In this document: positions 41,091-53,973 of the stretch, piece by piece
How the letters are laid out: each line of letters begins with the position of its first letter
Position numbering within the stretch: the first letter of the stretch is position 1
Assembly: GCA_002633005.1 (NCBI GenBank)
Contig: NMRA01000572.1
Span: 112,809-176,808, forward strand
DNA from: Phoronis australis
Lineage: Eukaryota; Animalia; Phoronida
Length of the DNA stretch: 64,000 bases
Reading direction: 5' to 3'
Program-made: the position numbers and the translations under genes
Notes under the pieces: model-generated
Told to the model about the DNA's origin: nothing
Database searches by the model: none
Seen by the model: only the letters and a program-made list of their open reading frames with translations

Positions 41091-41346
41091 GTTATGTTTG
41101 CAGTAAGGGTCTTTTACCAGATGAGTTTTGAGCAAGGGAAAATAAGTGAGTTGTAACCCAAGTTGTTGTTTTGTTGAGGTTTTCTCAGGTGCAATGTCTA
41201 CTTTCATTATGGTAACCAAATGATAGCTTCTTAAACAGCCTATTCTATATTTCTTCTGATTAGTTTTATTATCCAACATCCTAAGTGTTGTACTGATAAA
41301 TACACCAGCTTGTGAATTACTAAATAACTTTGCTGTATTCTGTGCC

Positions 41347-42188
41347 TGTCACGTTTTCCCCCATGTGTGGGTGGGTGCAGGTTCTTACAGACCGGTGCTA
41401 ATAGCTTTCGGTGCGACGATAGACTGAGGAATGGTTGGAGTTAATCTTTTATTAAGCTCGACCGTACATTCACAAGCATACTTAAACAAAACGTCTGACT
41501 CATATTGTCTGTTCTATGCTCCAGCCTGTGCTGCGAAGCCTTGACTTGTGATGAACTTCTAAGAAACTTTCAGCAACTGTTACACTCGATTCAATAACTT
41601 TCTGTCTTTATAGCTGGCTCTCTATTGACTCTCGTTGTAACTTCTGATTCTCTTCACTGCAACTCAACTGTTGTTCTCTCAACTGTTTCACTGTTAACTG
41701 CTTTTCTCTTGAACTAACTAATACAAACCCGTGCTTGGGTATTTATAGTCTAATGCATTGTTCTAGAATTTTTCATCAATTCAAGCACATTCTAGAACTT
41801 TCCTGAATCTACCCAACCATTCTGCAGACATGTACTAGTCTCTAGAATATTCCAGACTGCATTAATTAATGTCATGCTAGAGTCTTCTAGAAAGTTCCAC
41901 ACTATACCGTAGTAAACAAATTATATCATCATTGCTGAACTCAGTCTACTAGAAAGTTCCATACTATTCTGCAGTAAATAAATTACATCATCAATGTACT
42001 TAACTGAGGGGTCTTGCCAATCAAAGGGAACAACAAAACAAAACAATACAACTAAAAACAGTGTCAGTCTATATTCTGACATTTGCCCAAAAATAAGTTT
42101 TGATCTGATATTTCATGTTGTAATATATTCACAGATGTCTTGGAGATATATCAAAGCTCCTCTCTTAAGTGATTTCGTCCCTGTCACA
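41347..42188 (-). mobile_element. Probable solo LTR, antisense to NKAIN
   Basis: TG...CA ends (tgtcacg...tgtcaca). On the - strand the order is HSE-like repeats, TATAAATA (41747-41740), AATAAA (41453-41448), i.e. U3-R-U5. No clean TSD found, so boundaries are approximate. Confidence 0.6.
41740..41960 (-). promoter_or_regulatory. TATA box with upstream heat-shock-element cluster
   Basis: TTCtaGAActTTCctGAA (41790-41807) is four perfect alternating nGAAn units. Further ttctagaa/gaannttc sites at ~41761, 41842, 41885 and 41950. Confidence 0.55.
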
Positions 42189-45100
42189 TGAAACTCATTC
42201 TCACATTTCTATGAAGTGGACGGGCGTCTCACAGGATTCTAAAACTGGGAATCCAAATTTTCTCAAAAAAAATTGACCGAACACGCCTTGTTCTTGCCAT
42301 CACTGGTGGTCCTCCCATATGGCTCCACCATGTAGTGGTGTGTCCACCCATCTAATATGGTCGTCATATGGTTGCACTATGTGCTGGTGTATACACCCAT
42401 CTAATAGTATAAGACAGTGAACTGGAAACTAAAGTGTCATTGACTAAGTTTATATAAACGTATGATTTTGAAACTGTATGCGGAAACGTTTTACTCAAAA
42501 AAGGTTGCGACTTTCATACTATTGATGTCACCGGCGATTTAAAACTACAAAAAGTGTCATTTAGAGACAATAGTTACAGCAGCAATGTTCTGTCTTCCCA
42601 CACACACCAAGTGAAGTGTCATGGTAACATGGTAAAGCAAGTCACATTTTTATCATACGTGATCTTAACCTATGTTTCGCTCATTCTTATGTTTTGCACA
42701 GCATTCTTATAGTTGTAATGTTCTGGTTGGACAAACAAAATCAAAGTCCGAGTTTGACGGGATTATTTTATTTACTAATTCCACTTAGAACCTCAGTGAA
42801 AACTTTGAATCCTTGTGAGAACCGTGTGAGAACTGTAAATTTATGAAAATACACAAAATACTCTAAATACATGACAATATTATATAAAACCGAATCTAAA
42901 TTAAACTGTTAACAATAGTCACTCTAAGAAACTAGTCAAAATTACTCAAATCTAACTGAATCGGTATATGAACTTTAAATCACATTTACCAAACCAACAT
43001 TTATCTTAAAACGTATTATATCTTAGAATATTTCATAGTTCATAAACTCTAATGAGACTTGCTCCCTTTGATCTTAACCACACATGAACATCCAATTCTT
43101 GTTTTGTGTATCAGTATGATCCTTGTCAGTGACTGAATACACTTCTTGAAACTCTACAGACTCGGTGATCTGCCTAAAATACTTGATTCTCCAAAGTTAC
43201 TGAGCTTCCTCGTCTCCTAACTTTTTCTTTTGAGAATGACACTTATGTTTGCTCCAGAAATATACTCTAAGATATGATTAAACATCACATGGACTCTGGT
43301 CAAGGTGTAAGTACATCGGTGTGGGTGTTCCTTAGAATCAGCCCACGTAAAGTTGACCACTCCAAAACATATTTTGATGATCATATCCTGTTTGTCAGAA
43401 CTACACTGAAATCTTAGCAGAACTAAAGCTTTTCTGAAGAAATTGCGCAATACTCAAGTTTACCACAACAAGTTGTTTACAATAACAAGTCCTGTTCTAA
43501 AATATTTGTGACTTTCAAAATAGTTAACTGATATTAAATTAACACATTTGTTCATAAATTTAATCATCGATTTATAATAAATCGTTACATAATTCTAACA
43601 GTTTTCATCAAAAATGTTACAATAGTAAATACCCTGACAACATTTCTCTGAAATCTACATCAAAAATATGGAACATCCAATGGTAAAACTCTACACAACT
43701 GAAATTCTTGCAGAAAGTGAGCAACATACGACTCCACGGATTCGACCACCATATGCAATTGGGTAGAGTAAACAAACCAATTCACATGCGTTTCCATTTA
43801 CTTGGTCGGGAGAGCCAGGCCCGTTTAAACCAATATTTCTAGAAAGATATCGACCGGATTGTCAATTGTTTGCAACTATGCCATTTCCAATATTTTCAGG
43901 ACTCACACTCATTCTTCCTGTTATGAACTATCTGTTCTCAAATTTGGAGCGAATTGTAAGAATGCAGATACATTGTATGCATACTTGTGTTTTGTTGACT
44001 GTCGGGGCCATGTTTGACTTCGATCTGGATCTGGATTATCTGTCATTCCAGCATGTGGGTCAACGTCTGTATCTGAAACATCTATCGTTTTTTTAAAGTA
44101 ATCCTTATGAGTCGTTTTAGGCCTTTGCATGATGGACAACATGACTTGAGTCTGTCGAATGCACATGTCAACCATAACGGAAACTAGATACAACACTAGT
44201 CATGGAAAATCTTAAAATTACTCCCCTAAAACGGCAAGCATAGTACAATGCCGCTAAAGTAAAGAATTGAGAACGACTGGCAGTTTTTTACTTGCAGTAA
44301 CGATAAATATTGCATTAGCCAACGAAACTCCTTATAAGGCAATGAGATGAACTCAATTTCAATTGACCAATGAAGTTGAGAAATACACCAAAACTAACCA
44401 ATAGTATTCGTCTAAGTGAGAAGTCTACAGTCAACAACCAATAAGAGTGGTCAAAAGCGTTTCCATTCAAAAGTTTGTTTATATTTCTAACACTGCTACA
44501 TGAAAGTCTGCCCAGTGTTGCGGGGCAGACAGGTGAAAAATGCGTGAAGAAAGCACTTTTTGCACAGTAAATTTCTTATTTCTGAAATAACTGATAGCCT
44601 ACCTACTTGAGCGTTGGCCGACCAGTTGATAATATTAAGAAAGTGGCCTTCACTTTAAACAACTTTTTAAAATGTTGCTCGTCTTTTTAATGCTCTTTTT
44701 TTAATGCTGGCTATCTCATGGAACCTATCCAGTGTAAAATTCTGGCTTTTTAAAAGATGGCCAAGATGGTTGCTGTATAAACTAACATATTTGGCCAAAA
44801 CATCCCTTGAATACGACTCCATCCACGAGATTGTCGGTCAGATTGCATAGTGCCCAGTAGGTTGCCTCTTGATTTTAAGATCATACTTTGGCGTTACTGC
44901 GTCCTTAACTAAATCTTTTTGTAGAACTTCAATTTGTGTCAGTAGACGAGTTTGTGATTTTCTGAGAAAACCTCAACTGTGAAATTAAGTGTTTTGTTGT
45001 TCTATTTTATATTTGTGTTTTGTTCACATTTTAATAGTGCACTGTAAAATATCGCAGAATTTTAATATGCAGTTGTCATTGTTGTGATTTATAGGTTGAC

Positions 45101-45197
45101 ATGCTTGTTAAATCAATGTCAATATGTTTCATCACATTTGTTATGGAAAGTGACATCTGTTGGTCATAGTGTGCGTGTGTGTCAGCACAAGTAGTAT

Positions 45198-45275
45198 GAC
45201 TATTATTATTATTATTATTTTCATTATTATTATTATCTTTAGTAGTAGTAGTAGTAGTATTACTATTATTATCAT
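45198..45275. repeat. Compound (TAT)n/(AGT)n microsatellite
   Basis: Directly visible. Confidence 0.9.
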
Positions 45276-46601
45276 TTTAATGGGCAAAAATCAATTATAT
45301 TTTTACTATTGTTGTTTGTTTTTTTTTTCTTGTTGTTATTATTATATTGTTTTTCTTTATTTTATGTTTCAATCATTGGTGACATAACTTAGATTTCTTA
45401 GCTTGACAATATTCATTCTTTGTTTTTTTGCTTTGCATCATGATCATTTTGTTCTGTGAATTGAGAAGATTTACCAGACTTCAGAGAAATGTCTTTGCTT
45501 TGGATTTGCATGTGTTATAAAGTTTTTACAGTAAAATTTTACCAAAGATTTTTTCTAAAATTGATAGTCCTACGTTTTTCAAAGACTTTTAACATTGATT
45601 TGATGTCCACAATTTCAAAGGTGAAGCATTTTAGGGCTACTTATCGAATGAAAAAATATTAAAATTTTAAATTTCAGTTGTCTGCTATATTGTGTTCATA
45701 CCAAGTCGGTAAAATTTTACACTATTTCAGATAACAAGTACCGTGCAATGTTACTGTTGTTTGTGGTAAATGTGTGCTAATAGTTATCAGTGTTACAACA
45801 TAGTCATGTTGTGATTTCAGAATGTTATTGTACCTATTTGGGTCAATGCCCAATAGACTTTGATTGAGAAACAAAAAATCAATGAGCAGGCAAAAAAAGA
45901 ATGCAGCAAAACATGTTCACGAAAAATTGGGGGTGATTGTTTAGCTGAACATGGGCAATAAACTGAACGATTACGGTAGTAGGGGGTCAAATCCTTTCTA
46001 CTTTGTTCTTCTTGGTGAATACCAAGAGATATACCATATATAGATTGATTAGTTTGTTCAGGATGACCTATGAATTGATCCCATGAAAACCTACAATTAC
46101 TTCTGTATTAATTCTTTTTTTTCAAATTCAGTCTGGGGATGACATTTCCACATAATTTTAACCATACAATCCAGTTTGCATCAAATATTTTTGTTCTTTT
46201 CAGAATATTGAGGACTATAAGTTTTATACATAATTTTTGGGGGCTTTTGGGTGACCCTGTATCTTGAACAAACGGTATTTTGTCATTCCTGGGAATTTCC
46301 ATTGTTGGAATTTTCCAAATATAAGTCCATGGGTCTAATTTTGGGAGGCATAATTAAAAATCCCAATGGTTTTTAGGTTTTCTCTTACAGTGACAGCAAG
46401 TGTCAAAACAAGGCTGAATTAGAAATAGGACACAAGAAATAAGCCATTTTCCAAATAGTGATTCTATTACAATAATGTTAATGGCTTTTGTGGATCTCAT
46501 TTGGGGGGCATTCTACAGTGGTCAGAGATGTTTTGAAATTTTTTCATCGCCATTGACTAAAGGTGGGCTTATGTATCGTTGAAATCTTTTAATCATTTCA
46601 G

Positions 46602-47917
46602 CACCAGCAGCACAAGTTAATGACGAAATTGAGTTTATAAAGATGAGATACAAGTCACCTTCTAAGAAACTGAATCGCAGCAAAGTTTATGAGACGACAT
46701 CATTTCCTGCCGAGACCTCTCCTACAACACCTGAACCTCCTCCGCGTCAGCCTATAGAGCGCAACGCTGTGCATCCAGAACGACGCAGCCACCGAAGTAG
46801 TAAACGACCACAGAAAAAGTCTACGAGTACCCCTCTAAAACTCCCCTCAAAGGCACCAAGCCGAACCTCCATTTGGAGTAAAGGTTCCTCAACGCCCAAT
46901 GAGAATTCGCGGACAACTAACGACCAACCCAAGAATCTACCATGGGTTCACATCGCTCCATCGCCGCAGCGAGGCGGCACAGACATCAACACTTCGTTGG
47001 ACTCGGAATCGTCTCCCCCTGCCTACGATAGTCATGAGGAGTATAACCCTCGGCTGGCAAATGGTGCTCCAACAAACAGGAATAATAGTGCTCAGCCTAC
47101 TAATAGGATTTCACATCAGCCTTCCGTCCAGTCAACTCGCCAATCATCACATGACTATCCTGTCGAGCCTCCTCGGCCTGTCTCCTATAAGCCCTCCGTA
47201 CCACCGGTAGTTCCTCCTGTTGTGAAGCCGCCGTACAAACCCATCGAACCCCCAAGACCATATCAACTATCTTCTGAACCACCAAAACCACGTGCTCCTT
47301 ATGTCCGAACAGGTAGTTCTGGACGTTCCAAACGAAAGGATCGACCACCATTACACGCAGCAGTTGCACCAGTTGGTGCTAATCGAAAATTGGACTACAT
47401 AGGTGGCAATGACCCCCTGTCTAGAGGTGGCAATGACCCCCTCCCAAGAGATGGCAATGACCCCCTCCCTAGTTATCGCTCAGAAAACAGACAACCCAGT
47501 TATGCAGGCAGTCGCGACTCATATACAGAGAGTCTTCCGTCGTTTCCAGAACAAAGAGCATACAGCTATACAGATCGCGAGTTGCCTCTGCCACCACCCC
47601 CTAGTGATCTTGATAACAATTACGATGGCACTGACCATAGCTCAGGCATACATAGAGCACCACCTAATCCAAATGAATTAAGCCAATATGATTGGCAACA
47701 GAGACCTCCTGTGGCCAGCAATCCACTGTATTTGGAGGCAAATCAACATAGTCGGTACCCACCTCCAGTGGTAAATCCTAACAACCGCTACAATCCTTCA
47801 CTTGTGAGTGGAGGTACAAGGCATAACCGTTATGCACAACAGGATAGCCGAACAAGTGATGAAAGCGTTCATTCTGGGAATGTCTATTTCAGGGGGCAAG
47901 GTGCTAGTCATGTTTGA
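46602..47917 (+). CDS. NKAIN: NKAIN last exon: ~438-aa Pro/Ser-rich disordered tail when joined to exon 5, or only ATSSTS* when joined to exon 6
   Basis: The 424-aa ORF (46643-47917) stays open upstream to the tttcag acceptor at 46600-46601. Phase 1 matches the exon 5 donor. It is the only long ORF in the window, on the same strand as NKAIN. Drosophila NKAIN is known to have a long Pro-rich tail. Confidence 0.8.
47402..47473 (+). repeat. In-frame 24-bp coding repeat x3 (GGNDPLSR/GGNDPLPR/DGNDPLPS)
   Basis: g(g/a)tggcaatgaccccct... occurs three times in tandem. Confidence 0.9.
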
Positions 47918-49481
47918 TTGAAAGATAGTGATACATTTAGAAACGAGGCAAAACTCCATATTGTGTGCATACATGGTATTGTGGGAGAAGACATGATTAA
48001 GAGAAATATTTTAACTCATTGAGAGGTATCACATTTTATCTCTCTATGTACTTCACATTGAAGAAACTGAGGACATACCAGACTTTGAAATGACATAATT
48101 ACTTGGGTATTTTATAAATAATAAGTTAATTACCTTGTTGTTTAAGGAAAAGAAAGTTTGAGTTGTCTTTTATATTGATTCTTATATAGCACCTCCAAGG
48201 ACAGGAACTTATTCTGATTCAAACTGTGTGAAATGTCAGTTTCTTTTGTTACAACTTGACTGTAATTAGTTGTCTTCTGCTTAATTAAGAAAGTGTTGAA
48301 GTTTGATTTATGATTAAGATGCACTAGATTTTTAGACAAATTTTAAAAATTATTGCATATCATCTCCAACATTCTGTATTGAGCTGTATCCAGATGGCAG
48401 GTTGCCTAGAGCAACTCGTCTGGGGACATCTTGATTCCAATCGCCAATGTCCAGAAAGCATATCTGCCACTGGTGGAAGTGGTTGCATGTTGAATGTGCT
48501 CGTGTGAACTGTGCAAGCAGGTGACATAATTACATTTCCTCCTTGACACTTCGTGTATTCACAGGAGTACTTATGCCAGAACAAGATGGTCTGGTGCAAA
48601 TTGCTCTACCATGAAAAGGTATTAAGTTGGGCTGGTTCAATGTTTCTCCAGGGGCAGTTTCACTTAAATGTCATGGCTGTACAACATATTAACATGGAAT
48701 CTAAATGGAGGTTTGCAAGTTGAAGCATGTTATTCAGTTGCTGGGGCTTTGTTGCTTTGAGTGATCTTGGTCCTGGGAAAATTTACATTTGGGCAACTTG
48801 CTGTCTTCACTTGGGATTGTTTAAATACCTGTACACAGTTTTAGTTGAACGTTAGTTTAGTGGTTTTTATTTGCCTGGTGTTGTTAGAAAGGGTCTTGTA
48901 CTGTCATGAACTTGTTGCGACTTCAAAATTCCAGTGAAACCAGAAATGAAAATGAACAATGCATAAAGTAAATTGTCAATTTTATTGTTGCTAACTTTTA
49001 ATGTGGGTGTAAGTTATAAGCTTTTGCATTCAAGATGCCTGGTGAAAAGTTGATTTAAATTTTGTCTAAATGCTCAATGTGCTCTAAAGTTTTTATTTTT
49101 ACTGCATATGAATTTTGGTGGATTTATTGCTTCTGTAAATACATTTTCTCACCTAAATGAGGCTCCCAATGAATAGAATGGTTAGATTAGATCGGATCAG
49201 ACGCTGTAGTGTAGTAATATTATTCTAGCAAGTTTGTGCACTTTATACTACTACTTTGTCCAATTCATGTTATAATGTCCATAAAGAAATATACAGTTAA
49301 AATTTCATTTCAAAAGAGATTATTGTTGAAAGAATGGTAAGATTAGAGCTTGCCCATGGGACTCTAACATGAAAGTGCAGGCTGTTGTACTTTATTTAAA
49401 AGCATACTAAGCCCTGCTTTGGTGATTTCAGTCAAGGCCTCCTGCCACCTGCTAAAGCATCCCTCACTGGCGTCCCACATG

Positions 49482-50389
49482 TATAGGGGGGCCCAGGCCC
49501 CCCCCCCTTGGCTGCCGCAAAAAAATAAAACACCAAGAGCGTAGGGAAATGTTTAGTTTATTAATTAACCTCGGTAATTAAAATTATATGGCTGAAACAA
49601 GGTTTAAATGTGTGCAGTTTTAATGTTTTGGGGAGCTCAGATCCAATTTCAAGTGTCAAATTCGGAACACGGCGCAATCGTAACGGAGCTTTGACTAAGT
49701 ATAGGCTCTCCCGCGATATCCTAGGCGACCGGCAGTGGCGCTGGGCACTACGACTCCGTTTCCGTCGTCTGCTCCACTGTGCAATGAAGAAAATTGCTTC
49801 ATTTTTTAAAGAAAATGGAATCTGAGTGATGGTGAAAAAAACAGAAGCTGTTGGTAAGATGTCAATTTTAATCGAAGCCTTAGTTAATCACTCAGAAACT
49901 CATAATTCTCTCTTTGCCAAACCTTAACTTAAGACGATTTCCAAGGCAATCACGTCATTATTATTGCCAACACAACAAAACGGATTTGGTCTTTTGGGCA
50001 ATTGAAGACTATTTTAAATACAACAAATTTGTTACGAACTGATTGCTCAAAATATAAAACATGTAATAAGCATTACAAAAAGAAGGTCTCGCGCGCCAAC
50101 ACTGTGGAGCACAAACAAGTAGGTCTCTTAGTACCAAATTGGGAGTAAATCGTGGTGGTAAAGCACGCGCGCTCTATCCGCTAGGTCGCGAGTTCGAGTC
50201 TGTGATGCTTGTAGTTTTTCCTGGTTGACACCTTCCTCTTTTTTGCCTTTTTTCTTGGATAATACTTCGGGAATCAAGGAAAATGCTTGATTTTTAGAGG
50301 AAAAAACAGAAAAATTTCCTGGGCGGGAGGGGGGCAAACCCAGACAAAATGTTGCCCCCCCCCCTTGTGATATCCTAGATCCGCCACTG
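49482..50389. mobile_element. hAT-like MITE with 5-bp TSD, inverted paralog of 51808-52828
   Basis: Ends tatagg... and ...GATCCGCCACTG. ACATG at 49477-49481 and 50390-50394. The body is the reverse complement of 51808-52828. Confidence 0.85.
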
Positions 50390-51514
50390 ACATGAGTGAT
50401 AAAAGGAGAATTCAAGCAAAAAAATATATTCTCTCTGAGTCACAAATTCGATATCATGGTTTTTGATGGGTGGTCTTCAGTCCCTACACTTTTGTTGTCT
50501 AACTTCACTAAAATGTAGCTCACGCTTGCTCATGTAGCAGACTTTCTAAGGAGTTAACAAATTTTAGTGCAAGTTTTTTTAGTTTTGTCGAGGGTTACAG
50601 AGCACTATTTTGTTTAAGAGAGAAAGTTGTTTTCAGTATCGGTTAATAGGCCAAAACTGGGTTCCGGTGCTGAAAAATTACAGTTTCCGAAACTTCAGAG
50701 CAACCCTAGTTCTGATACCCGAAGGGCTGTCATCTTTTCAAGCAGGGTGTGTGGATGCTTTTCCGAGTCTGGGGGGTTCGAACGAACCCTCCCTTCGCGG
50801 AAAGGGTCCAGCCCCAGCCTGTCCGTTAAAGATAGAGAATCACAGATGGACAACAACAAAATTGTTGCAGTTTCTGGTTCTACTAACTACAGTGATAAAT
50901 AAGTTAGTAATGATTTTGAATTTGCTTCTGATTCAAAGCGCTTCACGTAATCATCGGGCCGTACGTACCGGCCAACTTCGCCCAAGTGGTATTTGCGTAG
51001 ATGAAAGGATCGTGCAGACGATTAGAGGAGGACTTATGTTACTCATCGGCATTGACCACACGTTGTGGTTACACCGTAGGGTAAGAAGGGAGCCTAGAAG
51101 TGTCTAAGCTATACAGCAGCGAGAGAGCTCCCAAAATGTCACAGTGTGGTGTGAATGCCTTAAAAATGATCGACCTAGAAAGAAAGCAGAAGAAAATAGG
51201 TTTATCTGATTGCTTGCTAGCATAGTACGGTAAAGCCGGGCAGGCGTTTTCAAATTTGGAATTGAAAGTGTTCGTCATATACAGGTATGTTTTTCATCTA
51301 GTGTCCAATTCCATTGTGGATTGGTGGATTGACATGCATGCGTGTACACGTGTGTACGTTTCCGTCCTTTTAAATTCAGTACAAGCCGAAAGAGACGGCA
51401 CCGACGAGTACGTTCACATTGTTTGAGAAAAGTAGATCTAGACCCAATAAAAACTTTGGTCAATGGTGATTCTCTTGCCAATAGCAACTAACTTAATGAA
51501 AAAGATTTCCAAGG

Positions 51515-53524
51515 TTAGATGCCACAATTCCGAAGGTTCGCTACTCCGAAAGTCCACTACTCCGAAGGTTTCCACCTTCGAAAGTTCACTATTCGAATGT
51601 CCAAAATCAGAACTCTGACAGTTACTTTTTCTTAAATATAAGCACAGCTCCAGGAGTCGCTTTTGCATTATATCCAGGTTCTAATTGACACCCTTGCTAT
51701 ATTCACTAGTTAAGATGAGAAAGAGACACCTTTGTGCAGTACTCGACGATTGCCAGTCGGTAAAACCAGGAGTCCCGACCTCAAACCACTGAGCCACACA
51801 GTTTATTCAGTGGCGGATCTAGGATATCACAAGGGGGGCCCAACATTTTGTCTGTAAACATTTTGTCTAAGCACGATTGTAGGTGTGCATAGCACCGAAT
51901 AGGGGGAGGTCGGGAGGGGGCAATCCCCCCTCCCTCCCAGGAAGTTTTCTGTTTTTTCCTCTAAAAATCAAGCATTTTCCTTGATTCCCGATGTATTATC
52001 CAAGAAAAAAGGCAAAAAAAAAGAAAAATACGAAGAATGTGTCAACCAGCAAAAACCGCAAATACCAAGGATTCGAACTCACGACATTGCTAGCAAAGCG
52101 GGCGTGCTTTATCCCTGCACCACCACGATTTAACCCTAAACTTGACACTAAGAGACCTACTTGTTTATGGTCCACAGCGTTTGCGCGCGAAAACGCCTTC
52201 TTTTTGAAATGCTTATTACATGTTTTTTGTGAAATCAGTTCGTAACAAATTCGTTGTATTTAAAATAGTCTTCAATTGCTCAAAAGACCAAATCCGTTTT
52301 TTGTGTTGGCAATAATGACGCGATTGCTTTGGTCTTGGAAATCGTCTTTTAAGTTAAGGTTTGACAAAGAGAGAATTATGAGTTTCTGAGTGATTCGCTG
52401 AAGCTTCGATTAAAATTGACATCTTACTAGCAGCTTCTGTTTTTTCACCATCACTCAAATTCCAGTTTCTTTAAAAAATGAAGTAATTTTCTTCATTGCA
52501 CAGTGGAGCAGACGACGGAAACGGAGTCGTAGTGCCCAGCGCCACTGCCGGTCGCCTGAGATATCGCGGGAGAGCCTATACTTATCCATAGTTCCGTTGC
52601 GATTGCGCCGTGTTCCGAATTTGACACTTGAAATTGGATCTGAGCCCCCCCCCCCCAAAAAAAAATTAAAACTGCACACATTTAAACCTTGTTTCAGCCG
52701 TATAATTTTAATTACCGAGGTTAATTAATAAATTCAACATTTCCCTACGCTCTTGCTGTTTTATTATTTTTTGCGGCAGCCAAGGGGAGGGGGCCGGGCC
52801 CCCTGGCCCCCCCCTAAATCCGCCTATGTCATTACTGTGATTGTCTGCTAACAAGTCGAAACAAACATGAATAAATTATTGTATTTGTGTTCATTTAGTA
52901 ACCATTTAAAGGGTGTGCAAAGTTGATTAGTTCTTAATACATTTATTTCATTGTTCGGATCCAATCACTGCCAAACGTTATTTTTGAATCTAACTAACGA
53001 CTCATTCTCAAGCATGGACAACATCTGGGGCACGGGTCAGGGCTGCGGTGACTTTGCTCACTGACTTCGTGAAGACTGGAGGGTGCAGGGTAGCTTGCTT
53101 GCTACATTTAGTTTCGACCCCCCCCCCCCGNCCCCCCCCCCGTGTGCGTTGCTCCGGTGGGTGCCGAGGTTCAGGCGCAGCGGCCCTAAACTTTTTTGTC
53201 GTGCTGTGAAATGATGCTAGCTTGACATGGATTTGATGAATGTATCGTGGTTGATAATTCATCAATATTCCCACTCCATATTTTTAAAATACAATAATGT
53301 TTTCATTTTTCCGTGTTCGTAAGACACGAAGACAATTTCGCATGCGCATGAAATGAACACAAAGTGCTTTAGTACCCGGGCGTTGTTTTCGGTAGGTACA
53401 CCGTTCAGTGTATGTATCATTAATTTTTGTTTGTAAGTGTAAACCTTCAACATGAGTTGAAAAAGTTAGATATTTTCGTAGTAGTGAACCTTCAAAACAG
53501 TGAACCTTCGGAATGGCGAACCGA
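51515..53524. mobile_element. Older MITE-like element with repeated TCCGAAGGTTC terminal motifs, interrupted by the 51808 element
   Basis: ttccgaaggttcgctactccgaa.. at ~51528-51600 and the inverted gaaccttcggaatggcgaacc at ~53480-53522. Confidence 0.45.
51808..52828. mobile_element. hAT-like MITE with 5-bp near-TSD, containing a tRNA-like segment
   Basis: CAGTGGCGGATCTAGG...CCTAAATCCGCCTATG. Flanks TTATT/TCATT. Confidence 0.85.
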
Positions 53525-53901
53525 ATGGTGAGTAGTGGACTGTTTCCATTTCCAACGACGTAAGCAACTTGAGTAACGCGCAAAAATGTAACTAGATACA
53601 GATTTCGTCAAGTTATTCTCCGACTATAAATTTCTGTCCGAGTAGGTGTGATCGCTCATTTAAGCAGGCCTGATTTTAAAATTTGGCTGGAAGTAACGCG
53701 AGAAAGTTTTGGACCACATTACATCCAAATTGAGCCCCGTTCTTTGTGAGCAACCGTCATGGAATCCTCATCACTGGTATTACTAATTCCGTCTCATCTC
53801 AAAAACATAGAGCCGAGAGTCATCGTTGTGCATAAACTGTGTTAACTGGGGTCCTCAATGAAAACTCCAGTGTCGACGTTTGCAAACTATCAAAGGTCCA
53901 C

Positions 53902-53973
53902 CATAGGCGGCGCACCATCGGGGCTGGGGGGGGGGCTTTAGCCCCCACTTTTTTCAGTGGTGCGCCGCCCATG
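53902..53973. mobile_element. 72-bp minimal MITE with 5-bp TSD
   Basis: TIR CATAGGCGGCGCACCA / TGGTGCGCCGCCCATG. TCCAC on both sides. Confidence 0.88.

Noticed and set aside
46391-46442. Alternative acceptor (tctcttacag) upstream of the last exon
   Set aside because: Gives only very short peptides in phases 1 and 2, with no independent support.
50152-50200. tRNA gene
   Set aside because: Only A/B-box-like motifs. I could not build a cloverleaf, and the segment is embedded in a MITE.
50610-51107. 165-aa ORF between the inverted MITEs
   Set aside because: Non-ATG start, no recognisable domain, and it includes repeat-like fragments.
49482-52828. One large element with ~1-kb TIRs
   Set aside because: Each arm has its own termini and its own 5-bp target duplication, so these are two separate insertions.
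53118-53141. Poly-C tract with an N, possible G-quadruplex
   Set aside because: An ambiguous base in a homopolymer points to sequencing or assembly uncertainty.
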